From assembly GCA_001917535.1 (NCBI GenBank), contig MNEF01000095.1, positions 1 through 30,873 on the forward strand: a stretch of DNA of 30,873 nucleotides, given 5' to 3'. The DNA comes from Candidatus Rokubacteria bacterium 13_1_40CM_69_27 (GTDB taxonomy: Bacteria > Methylomirabilota > Methylomirabilia > Rokubacteriales > CSP1-6). Numbering within the stretch: the stretch's first letter is position 1; each line of letters opens with the position of its first letter. This document shows positions 1 through 7,151 of this stretch, one piece after another. The position numbers and the translations under genes are program-made. Under the pieces are notes generated by a model that did no database searches, had not been told where the DNA came from, and saw nothing but the letters and a program-made list of their open reading frames with translations.

Positions 1-222
1 GACTTCAAGGCAGTGCTGAACCCCAACTCGCTGGAGGTGCTGCGCGGCTGCAAGCTGGAGCTGTCACTGAAAGGCGCCGCGCCCGAGTCCCGCTTCCAGT
101 TCGAGCGCCAGGGCTATTTCTGCGCGGACTCGAAGGATTCCGCGCCCGGGCGGTTGGTCTTCAACCGGACGGTGGGGCTGCGAGATACGTGGGCGAAGAT
201 CGAGAGGGGAGGAACAAGTTAG
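1..222 (+). CDS. glnS: Glutaminyl-tRNA synthetase, C-terminal end (5' part lies outside the window)
   Basis: Frame-1 translation ends ...[36 protein letters not shown]. This matches the conserved C-terminal anticodon-binding tail of class-I GlnRS (FER.GYF..D.DS...LVFNRTV.L.D.W). Stop TAG at 220-222. Flanking GC is high. Confidence 0.7.
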   Translation, partial: DFKAVLNPNSLEVLRGCKLELSLKGAAPESRFQFERQGYFCADSKDSAPGRLVFNRTVGLRDTWAKIERGGTS

Positions 223-345
223 CCCCTCTCCATGCTCTGTCAGGAAGAAAGATCTTTGCTCACCATCCGTCGAAGGCGTGATCGCAGACACGTGAGGTGC
301 GGCAGGTGAGTATGCTAGGCACCAGCGGAGTGAGCAAGGTAGCGG

Positions 346-373
346 TTGACTAAACCGGAGCATTCGTCATACT
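346..373 (+). promoter_or_regulatory. Candidate sigma70-type promoter (TTGACT-N16-CATACT) about 10 nt upstream of the ATG at 383, implying a leaderless or very short-leader transcript
   Basis: TTGACT at 346-351 and CATACT at 368-373 with a 16-nt spacer. No Shine-Dalgarno lies between the -10 and ATG 383. The region sits in a lower-GC intergenic stretch. Confidence 0.3.
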
Positions 374-382
374 AGTCTCGAG

Positions 383-688
383 ATGAAGCGACGCCACCTC
401 CCAGCCTCCAGCGCTGGAGGCCAGCCAATCCTCTCGCAATCGATCCGTATCGGGAACGAGACATTCAGCGCCCATTTAGGCATCATCGGGCGGATCGAAA
501 CCGCAGGCTTCGGCATCATCGTCGACAGCAAAAAACGAGAATTTCCGTTCACGTTCGACAAGATTTTCCGCTATCGCGGCCAGACCGCCGCAAGCCTCGG
601 TTTCGCCGTCGGGCATGAAGTGATTTTTGCGGTGCAGGGAAGTAGCATCATCACCGTCTTGCCATCGTCGACGTCGTCAGAGCCCTAG
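383..688 (+). CDS. Small protein with a cold-shock-domain-like (CSD/OB-fold) core and a ~30-aa N-terminal extension; first gene of the low-GC cassette
   Basis: Residues ~33-95, 'GIIGRIETAGFGIIVDSKKREFPFTFDKIF..GQTAASLGFAVGHEVIFAVQGSSIITV', align with the CspA pattern G.VKWFN..KGFGFI...G..DVFVHFSAI...G...L.EGQ.V.F....G.KG..A..V. Stop TAG 686-688 lies 3 nt before the next start, indicating translational coupling. Confidence 0.5.
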   Translation: MKRRHLPASSAGGQPILSQSIRIGNETFSAHLGIIGRIETAGFGIIVDSKKREFPFTFDKIFRYRGQTAASLGFAVGHEVIFAVQGSSIITVLPSSTSSEP

Positions 689-691
689 TCC

Positions 692-1351
692 GTGGCATCG
701 GCGCCCCAGTTGACCCTCGACCCGAGGAGGGTCGAGGGGGTGCGGGGTGTATTCCATCCGAGACACACGCTTCCACCACGTGTTCGAGAGTTTGGATACG
801 TTCCGGATCTGAACCAGCTTCGCCCAGGCGATCTTGTTCTTTTTTCGGCAGTCAAACCCCGCCGTCGTTCGCGCGCCATTGTTCGCAGTCAACGGGACGC
901 GGGCCATCATGAGGCAGACGCGCGATGGCATCACGCGGCGGTCTATGTCGGCGACTCCGAAATCTGTGAAGCCGTCGTTTGGCGTGGAGTCCATCTTGCG
1001 TCTCTCTACGATTCTGTGGAAACGCACCTTCTGCGGTTTCGGCGGGATCCCCGACTAACGGACCACGACAGCTGGCGTGTGGCAGTCAACGCATTGCGGT
1101 TTCTTCGCCGACGCTACGGCCTGGCAGCGCTATTTCGGATATGGCAGCAGACCAGACTGGGATTCTGGCGGCCCGACATTCGTCACAAGAAGCTGCGGGC
1201 CCGGATCTGCTCGGAACTCTACGCTGATGCTTACACGCTGACAACAGGCCGGATGCTGATGAGAGGCACACTCAATATATTGACACCCGCAGAACTAAGT
1301 GTGACCGCAGCACTTGCGGACATCCAGGTTGATTGGCTCCAGATCGCCTAA
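692..1351 (+). CDS. Hypothetical protein; candidate circularly permuted NlpC/P60 papain-fold enzyme (LRAT / YiiX-YaeF-like: His motif before Cys motif)
   Basis: The order 'LRPGDLVLFS' ... 'WHHAAVYVGD' ... 'ICSELYADAY' matches the permuted NlpC/P60 families (GDLI.F ... H.GIY.G ... C-S/E-x-F/L-V). Candidate catalytic His80/81 and Cys173 (tgc 1208-1210). GTG start at 692; an alternative GTG near 740 is preceded by GGAGGG. GC is lower than the flanks. Confidence 0.45.
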   Translation: MASAPQLTLDPRRVEGVRGVFHPRHTLPPRVREFGYVPDLNQLRPGDLVLFSAVKPRRRSRAIVRSQRDAGHHEADARWHHAAVYVGDSEICEAVVWRGVHLASLYDSVETHLLRFRRDPRLTDHDSWRVAVNALRFLRRRYGLAALFRIWQQTRLGFWRPDIRHKKLRARICSELYADAYTLTTGRMLMRGTLNILTPAELSVTAALADIQVDWLQIA

Positions 1352-1383
1352 GTAAGGGTGAGCCAGATGAGGGGAGGCTCGAG

Positions 1384-2316
1384 ATGGAAAGCGCCACCGC
1401 AAGTCAGATCCTGGACGACCACGTCTTCTTAGTGGGACGTCCACCTCTAGACGAATACCTGGGCTTTGTCACGGCTCAGACTGCAGATGCTGACGCTGTG
1501 GACATTGGCGTTCTTGCGAGCGACTGGCGAGCTGCCAACGATCATGTTAGAGAACTCGAACGCGTTGAGCAAGGCTGTGCCGATGCGCCAAGCATTGGAC
1601 CGGTAGGGAAAAACCTGAGCGCGCTGGTCGAGCAAGTTCACAGTGATCCGTTATTTCAGCGCTCGTTCGGGATCGTACCGACCGATATTGGTGTGGTCGA
1701 ACTGGATAAGGTGGTTGTCTATCAAAAGTTCATCAATTTGGCGTACGTGAGACAAATTCAACAAAAGCTTGGCCCTAATCCAACGGAAGAGGCTGTTTTT
1801 CGCCTGTGCTTACCGTTTGACCATCCCCAGCCCACGGTCAACTTCGGGCGTATTGCCAACAACGCGTATATGTTCATGTCGCCATCGACGGATCTGCGCT
1901 TTCTTGAGCCGGTATTGCTGCAGTTCGATAGGATTATTGGGCACCGGCCGCAGGGGCCAGTCGCGGGTGTCATTGCTCTACTGGTAGGATTCGGTTCGAA
2001 CTTTCTGAATCTTATTCACGTGGATAATCGCTTAGTGATGAACAATGGTAGCCATCGTGCGTATGCTCTTCGCGACATGGGCATTACACATGTTCCGTGC
2101 GCAATTCAGCGAGTATCGAGACGCGAGGAACTCCGTGTTGTCGGGAGCAGTGACTTGCAGAATAATCCCGACAACTACCTCAAGAATGCGCGGCCGCCAT
2201 TGTTGCGTGACTACTTTGATCCCGCACTTCAAAAGATCTTCAAAGTTCCTCGGAGGGTCCGCCAGGTAAAGATTGCCTTTGGTGTCGAGCAGCTCGATGT
2301 GCCGGCCAGCAGTTGA
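1384..2316 (+). CDS. Hypothetical protein with a C-terminal ParB/Srx-fold (ParB-like nuclease) domain; N-terminal ~200 aa unassigned
   Basis: ATG 1384 is preceded by GGGGAGG (1371-1377). The track's TTG 1333 is less likely. The motif 'NRLVMNNGSHRAYALRDMGITHVPCAI' fits the ParB/sulfiredoxin signature hydrophobic-x-DG-x-HR-x-x-A-x4-G-x3-[IV]P (His at 2053-2055). This is the lowest-GC gene in the window, about 40-48%. Confidence 0.5.
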   Translation: MESATASQILDDHVFLVGRPPLDEYLGFVTAQTADADAVDIGVLASDWRAANDHVRELERVEQGCADAPSIGPVGKNLSALVEQVHSDPLFQRSFGIVPTDIGVVELDKVVVYQKFINLAYVRQIQQKLGPNPTEEAVFRLCLPFDHPQPTVNFGRIANNAYMFMSPSTDLRFLEPVLLQFDRIIGHRPQGPVAGVIALLVGFGSNFLNLIHVDNRLVMNNGSHRAYALRDMGITHVPCAIQRVSRREELRVVGSSDLQNNPDNYLKNARPPLLRDYFDPALQKIFKVPRRVRQVKIAFGVEQLDVPASS

Positions 2317-2319
2317 CGT

Positions 2320-2440
2320 AATGTGTGAGCACCATCGCGTTCAGTCGCAAGGCCGGACGACCTTGAGAAGAAGTTACGACGCCGAGTTCAAAGTGGTCTT
2401 CGCCAGCGTCGACGCCGCCCGTGCGATCGGTTTTCGTCCG
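2320..2440 (+). pseudogene. Remnant of the 3' end of an ORF6N/ORF6C-family gene, a decayed paralog of the intact gene at 3712-4272
   Basis: Nucleotides 2350-2435 ('cttgagaagaagttacgacgccgagttcaaagtggtcttcg...gcgatcggttttcg') are about 85% identical to 4125-4235 of the intact gene ('ctcgagaaaaagtacgacgcccagttcaaagttgtcttcg...gcgatcggctttcg'). The encoded ..YDAEFKVVF...RAIGFRPP corresponds to ..YDAQFKVVF...RAIGFRAR, with a frameshift and an internal deletion. There is no start codon and no N-terminal domain. Confidence 0.45.
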
Positions 2441-2549
2441 CCGTCCCAATCGCGGGGGCGGGGATCAGCCGGGCGAAGGGGTAGAATCTTGCCGGCCCAC
2501 GGTGGGGCTGCGAGTAGCCGTTGCCCGGCCCCCAAGGGTAAGAGGCACC

Positions 2550-3620
2550 ATGAAGATCCATAACATCCAGGCCCGCCCCGTCGTCGCCCCGCTCGATCCG
2601 CCCGTGCGCACCGCGTCGGGGCACGTGACCCAGGCGCCGCTGCTGCTCATCGACCTCACGACCGACGAAGGCGTGGCCGGGCGCTCCTACCTCTTCGGCT
2701 ACCACGCGTTCACGCTGGCACCGTTGCGCGAGCTGGTGCTGGCGCTCGCCGAGATCATCAAGGGCGACCAGGTCGCGCCCATCGAGCTCGACAAGAAGAT
2801 GCGGGCGCGCATGACGCTGTTCGGCACGCGCGGGCTGCAGGGCCTGGCCATCGCGGGGATCGACATGGCGGCCTGGGACGCGCTCGCCGTCTGCGCCGGC
2901 GTCCCGCTCGCAGAGTTGCTAGGGGGCCGTCCTCGCCCCATCCCCGCCTACAACAGCCTGGGGATGATCCCGCCCGGCGAGGCCGCCGACGCGGCGGCCA
3001 AGACGGCGGCCGCGGGCTTCAAGGCGCTGAAGGTGAAGATCGGCTGGCCGACGCTCGCCGAAGATCTCGCCGTGGTGCGCGCGGCGCGCAAGCACCTCGG
3101 CGACGGCGCGCTCATGGTCGACTTCAACCAGTCGCTGGCGATTCCGGAGGCGATCCGCCGCGGCCGCGTGCTCGACGGCGAGGGGGTGAGCTGGATCGAG
3201 GAGCCCGTGCGCGCCGACGACTATCGCGGTGCCGCCGAGATCGCCGCGCAGGTGGCCACGCCCATCCAGATCGGCGAGAACTTCAACGGCGTGTACGAGA
3301 TGGAGCTGGCGCTCTCGCTCAAGGCCTGCGACCTCGTCATGCCCGATCCGCAGCAGATCGGCGGCGTGACCGGCTGGCTGCGGGCGGCGGCGCTGGCGCA
3401 GACGGCGGGCGTGCCGTGCTCGAGCCACATCTTCATCGAGGTGAGCGCTCATCTGTTAACGGTCACGCCGACCTGCCACTACATCGAGTACCTCGACGTG
3501 GCTGCGCCAGTCCTTGCTGAACCTCTCCGCCCGGTGGACGGCATGATCCAGGCCCCCGCGCGCCCGGGCATCGGGCTTCAGTGGAACGAGGAGACGGTCA
3601 AGCGCTACCGCGTGGGTTGA
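2550..3620 (+). CDS. Enolase-superfamily enzyme, mandelate racemase / muconate lactonizing enzyme family
   Basis: ATG 2550 follows the RBS AAGAGG. The product carries an MR/MLE N-terminal capping domain and a barrel domain with metal-ligand spacing: KVKIG, the D..Q (LMVDFNQS), EEP and D..Q/E motifs. It is 356 aa. Confidence 0.85.
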   Translation: MKIHNIQARPVVAPLDPPVRTASGHVTQAPLLLIDLTTDEGVAGRSYLFGYHAFTLAPLRELVLALAEIIKGDQVAPIELDKKMRARMTLFGTRGLQGLAIAGIDMAAWDALAVCAGVPLAELLGGRPRPIPAYNSLGMIPPGEAADAAAKTAAAGFKALKVKIGWPTLAEDLAVVRAARKHLGDGALMVDFNQSLAIPEAIRRGRVLDGEGVSWIEEPVRADDYRGAAEIAAQVATPIQIGENFNGVYEMELALSLKACDLVMPDPQQIGGVTGWLRAAALAQTAGVPCSSHIFIEVSAHLLTVTPTCHYIEYLDVAAPVLAEPLRPVDGMIQAPARPGIGLQWNEETVKRYRVG

Positions 3621-3622
3621 CG

Positions 3623-3649
3623 TTTAAGGTCGCAAACTGCGACCTTAAA
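3623..3649. repeat. Perfect palindrome TTTAAGGTCGCA-AAC-TGCGACCTTAAA (12-bp arms) 2 nt after the enolase stop
   Basis: Read directly from the sequence. It shares the core AGGTCGCA-N3-TGCGACCT with the palindrome at 4270-4292. No T-tract follows. Confidence 0.6.
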
Positions 3650-3711
3650 CACGGGTGTATCGAAAGCTGGCCATTCCTTCGGGCTGAGCGTCCCAGCTAC
3701 GATGGCGCTCG

Positions 3712-4272
3712 ATGGCGAAGCAGAGCGCCATTGTTCCAGCGGACCGGATCGAGCGGGCGATCGTCTTCATCCGTGGCCATAAGGTCATGCTGGATTTCGA
3801 TCTCGCAGCACTGTACGCAGTGCCGACCAGAGTGCTTGTGCAGGCGGTCAAGCGCAATGTGGCTCGATTTCCCTCCGATTTCATGTTCCGGCTGACTGCC
3901 GAGGAGGCAGAACGTTTGAGATCACAAATTGTGATCTCAAAGATCGGCCGCGGCGGACGCCGCTATGCACCCTACGCGTTTACCGAGCAGGGCGTCGCGA
4001 TGCTGTCCAGCGTCCTCAGAAGCCACCGAGCCATTCAAGTCAACGTGGCAATAATGCGGACGTTCGTACGGCTTCGGGCGATGCTTGCGTCACACGATGA
4101 CCTCGCCCGCAAGCTGGACGCGCTCGAGAAAAAGTACGACGCCCAGTTCAAAGTTGTCTTCGACGCGATCCGACATCTCATGGCTCCGCCAACTGCCGGC
4201 CGCCGCGCGATCGGCTTTCGCGCGCGCGCCGGCGGCGAGAACTTCAGTCGCCTGCGACCTCGTCGAATTTGA
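3712..4272 (+). CDS. ORF6N/ORF6C-domain protein (KilA-N-related putative DNA-binding regulator or anti-repressor typical of phage and mobile elements)
   Basis: The N-terminus '[76 protein letters not shown]' is the ORF6N signature. The C-terminal '[17 protein letters not shown]' is the ORF6C signature. Confidence 0.8.
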   Translation: MAKQSAIVPADRIERAIVFIRGHKVMLDFDLAALYAVPTRVLVQAVKRNVARFPSDFMFRLTAEEAERLRSQIVISKIGRGGRRYAPYAFTEQGVAMLSSVLRSHRAIQVNVAIMRTFVRLRAMLASHDDLARKLDALEKKYDAQFKVVFDAIRHLMAPPTAGRRAIGFRARAGGENFSRLRPRRI

Positions 4273-4292
4273 GGTCGCAATTTGCGACCTCA
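4270..4292. repeat. Palindrome TGAGGTCGCA-ATT-TGCGACCTCA overlapping the stop codon of the ORF6N gene
   Basis: Ten-bp perfect arms with the same AGGTCGCA/TGCGACCT core as 3623-3649. Confidence 0.6.
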
Positions 4293-4324
4293 CGTTGGAA
4301 GCGCGCCTCAGTCGCGTGGCGGCG

Positions 4325-4679
4325 CTAAACGATGCGGGAGCCTTCGCGCGTCTGCTGGCAGCCAAGACACGTCTCCGCGTCGGGCAGCGCGGCGAGCCGC
4401 AGATGCGCGATCTCCCCTCCGCACTCCTCGCAGAGGCCGTATTCGCCGCGCTCGACGCGCGCCAGCGCCGCCCGCAGTCGGCGTGCCCGATCGACCAGGC
4501 GCCTGGCGGCCAGATGTCCGAGTTCGCGCTGCTCCACCGCTTGGGCGCTGTCGAACAGATCGGTCGGGTTCTCGCTACTGAGGCTGGGGAAATCGCCGTG
4601 TTGAACGTCGAGGAGTCGCAGTTGTGTGAGCGTCATGGCGAGGTCGCTGCGAAGCTTGCGGGCGATCGGGTGCGTCATG
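4325..4679 (-). CDS. TraR/DksA-family C4 zinc-finger protein
   Basis: The C-terminal 'YGLCEECGGEIAHLRLAALPDAETCLGCQ' has the CxxC-x17-CxxC arrangement. It follows a coiled-coil-like segment typical of DksA/TraR. Start chosen at the internal ATG (MTHPIARKL...). The upstream part of the track ORF is Cys/Arg-rich and likely not coding. Confidence 0.65.
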
Positions 4680-4951
4680 CGGTGCCCTCCCCAATCCGAA
4701 GCAGCTTGGTCCCCGCCGCACCGTATGAGGTGACGCCGCGCACAGTCAATCGCTCCGTTGGCCGCATCAACTGCGCCCTCGCGCGACCCGGCCATGCGAT
4801 CGCAGCGCCGACACCGGGATTTTTCCCACGCGGTCCCCCGAACGCACGGCAGGCCGGTCGATTTCCGCGGCACCGCTGCTCAGCGCCGATCAGGCCGTGA
4901 GATTTTCGCGTTGTGGACAGCAGTGGATATGTGAATCGGCGGCCGCGGAGG

Positions 4952-5809
4952 CTACTTGAGGAAGCTGCCCCTCCGGTACTCCTCTACCGCCTGAGCGATC
5001 TCCTCGCGCGTGTTCATGACGAAGGGGCCGTAGCGGGCGATGGGCTCCCGGAGGGGGCGCGCGGCCAACAGCAAGAAGCGCGCGGCCGAGTCGCCGGTCG
5101 CCGCCGTCAATCGATCGCCGTCGCTCAGCGCGGCCAGTTGCCCGGCGGTGATCTCCTGGGCGCCGCCGTCCGAACCCGGGCCGAGCGAGACGCGACCCTC
5201 GTAGACGTAGGCGAACGCGTTGTGCCCGGCCTCCAACCCCGGAGAAACGCGGGAGCGCGGGGCCATCCGCACATCCAGATACAAAGGCTGGGTGGCGATG
5301 CCCTCCACCGGGCCGCGCGCACCACCGGCCTCGCCGGCGATCACCCGCGCCTGCACGCCGTCGGCCAGCGCCACCTCGGGGATCTTCGCGGGCGGGATGT
5401 CCTGGTAGCGCGGCGCCGTCATCTTGTCGCGCGCGGGCAGGTTCACCCAGAGCTGGAAGCCCCACATGAGGCCGTCCTTCTGCCGCGGCATCTCGGAGTG
5501 GATGATGCCGCGCCCGGCCGTCATCCACTGCACGCTGCCGGCGACCAGCTCGCCCTGGTTGCCCACGTGATCCTGGTGGCGCATGGAGCCGGCCAGCATG
5601 TAGGTGACGGTCTCGAAGCCGCGGTGGGGATGGTCGGGGAAGCCGGCCAGGTAGTCGTCGGGCCGGTCCGACTTGAACTCGTCGAGGAGGAGGAACGGGT
5701 CGAGCTGCTCCAGCGCCGGCGTGCCGATGACGCGGGTGAGGCGGACGCCAGCGCCGTCGGACGTCGGCTGGCCGGTGATCACTTTGGCAACGCGCCGCTC
5801 GCTCATCAT
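4952..5809 (-). CDS. Pirin-family bicupin protein (quercetin 2,3-dioxygenase-like)
   Basis: Pirin N- and C-terminal cupin signatures: GFPDHPHRGFETVTYML, GRGIIHSE and QLWVNLP. Start at ATGATG (5809/5806), which follows GGGGG. Confidence 0.85.
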   Translation of the reverse strand: MMSERRVAKVITGQPTSDGAGVRLTRVIGTPALEQLDPFLLLDEFKSDRPDDYLAGFPDHPHRGFETVTYMLAGSMRHQDHVGNQGELVAGSVQWMTAGRGIIHSEMPRQKDGLMWGFQLWVNLPARDKMTAPRYQDIPPAKIPEVALADGVQARVIAGEAGGARGPVEGIATQPLYLDVRMAPRSRVSPGLEAGHNAFAYVYEGRVSLGPGSDGGAQEITAGQLAALSDGDRLTAATGDSAARFLLLAARPLREPIARYGPFVMNTREEIAQAVEEYRRGSFLK

Positions 5810-5826
5810 CGCCCCCACTTCTCTGC

Positions 5827-6393
5827 TCACTTGCTCAGGCGTCGAGTCCAGACCACGAGGGCCGCCAGGAGCTCTCGCACCAGCTTCCGCGACGTTTCGT
5901 CTTTCAGGTTGCCCTGATCGTCGAAGCGCTGCGCCGCGTTGCCGATCATGACCTCGGGCTTATTGACAGGATACATGTCGAGGTAGACGAACGTCTGGCG
6001 GAGATGGTACTGGGCCCTGGCCGTCCCGGTGGCTCCTGGCGAGGCGCCCATGATGGCGACGGGCTTGCCGGCCCAGGCGCTGTCCCCGAACGGCCGCGAG
6101 GCCCAGTCGATGGCGTTCTTGAGCACCCCGGGGACAGAGTAGTTGTACTCGGGCGTCGCGATGAGGATAGCGTCAGCCTCGCGGATGCGGGCTTTGAGCT
6201 CGACGACCCGCGGCGGGGGCTGCCGATCCTCGTCCTGGTTGAACGGTGGGATCCCGTCGAGCTCGAAGATTTCGAGCGTCGCCCCGTCCGGAAGCAGCTC
6301 CTGCGCCGCCCGCAACGCCGCCTTGTTGTAGGAGGCCTTGCGAAGGCTCCCCGGTATTCCGAGAATCCGGACCGGCCCGGCCGTGTCGCCCAT
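5827..6393 (-). CDS. NADPH-dependent FMN reductase (flavodoxin-like fold)
   Basis: ILGIPGSLRKASYNKA..., ATPEYNYSVPGVLKNAIDW and GKPVAIMGAS are the NADPH-dependent FMN reductase family hallmarks. Confidence 0.85.
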   Translation of the reverse strand: MGDTAGPVRILGIPGSLRKASYNKAALRAAQELLPDGATLEIFELDGIPPFNQDEDRQPPPRVVELKARIREADAILIATPEYNYSVPGVLKNAIDWASRPFGDSAWAGKPVAIMGASPGATGTARAQYHLRQTFVYLDMYPVNKPEVMIGNAAQRFDDQGNLKDETSRKLVRELLAALVVWTRRLSK

Positions 6394-6501
6394 CCCTGAA
6401 CCCTCCTGACGCTGTCTCAGCGACTTGCTTCTACATGAAGGATGCCGGGGTGACTGCGGACGATTCTGAACCCCGATGCCCTCCGGGATGATGCCGCACG
6501 G

Positions 6502-7077
6502 CTACGGCAGGAGGTCGGCGACGGCGACGCAGGCCGCGGGGCGCGCCAGGGGAAACTCCCCCGCGTCTGGCTCCAGGACCCGAACGGAGCTATAGCGCCA
6601 GCCGAACGGTGCCGCGGCGTCGCGGATCGGCGCTCGATGGACCTCGAGAGCCCGATCGACGAGGTTGACGATCCAATAGTCCGGCACGCCGGCGCGGGCG
6701 TAGAGGCTGCCCTTCACGTTCCGGTCGAATGTCAGGCTCGACTCCGCGACCTCCACGACGAGCGCCGGCCGCGAGGGATGGGCCTCGCGGTAGTCGCGCC
6801 AACGGCCGGGTACCACGGCGAGGTCGGGCTCTGGCTCGGATTCGTTATCGAGGGCGACAGGGGCGCCGACGCGGACGACCCAGTGGGGGCCGAAAGCGTC
6901 CCTCAAGGCCTCCTCGGTGAGGCCGACGGCGGTTTCGTGTGGGCTCCCCTTCGGCTCGGCGACGATCAGCTCGCCGGCGATCAGCTCGATCGGCTCGTCC
7001 TCGTGGAGGACGCCGAGCTCCACGAGCCGGTCGTACTCCTGCCTCGTCCAACGTCGCGTGCGCGCTGGCGTAGCCAT
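6502..7077 (-). CDS. Uma2-family (DUF820) putative restriction-endonuclease-fold protein
   Basis: W.RQEYDRLVELGVL..DEPIELIAGELIV..P.G..H, PDLAVVP, ALVVEV.S.S....D...K...YARAGVPDYWIVNL. The start is uncertain: ATG 7077 or TTG 7113. Confidence 0.7.
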   Translation of the reverse strand: MATPARTRRWTRQEYDRLVELGVLHEDEPIELIAGELIVAEPKGSPHETAVGLTEEALRDAFGPHWVVRVGAPVALDNESEPEPDLAVVPGRWRDYREAHPSRPALVVEVAESSLTFDRNVKGSLYARAGVPDYWIVNLVDRALEVHRAPIRDAAAPFGWRYSSVRVLEPDAGEFPLARPAACVAVADLLP

Positions 7078-7151
7078 CGATCGGATCGTAACGACCGGCT
7101 CGTCCCGCGTCAACGTCCCCTAGCGGAGACGCCGGTCGGCGCCTCGGGCGA

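Noticed and set aside
1333-1383. TTG start at 1333 for the ParB-like gene, overlapping the previous gene by 19 nt
   Set aside because: ATG 1384 is preceded at ideal spacing by GGGGAGG, whereas TTG 1333 has no RBS. I chose the shorter 310-aa form.
1985-2000. GGTTCGAAC string resembling a tRNA T-arm, considered as a possible tRNA or att site for the island
   Set aside because: It lies inside the coding region of the ParB-like gene with no acceptor or anticodon stems around it. No tRNA-like structure anywhere in 223-382 either.
4680-4873. Upstream extension of the TraR/DksA reading frame (182-aa track ORF)
   Set aside because: The extension is Cys/Arg/Gly-rich with no motif. TraR/DksA proteins are ~70-120 aa, so the start was placed at the internal ATG (complement 4677-4679).
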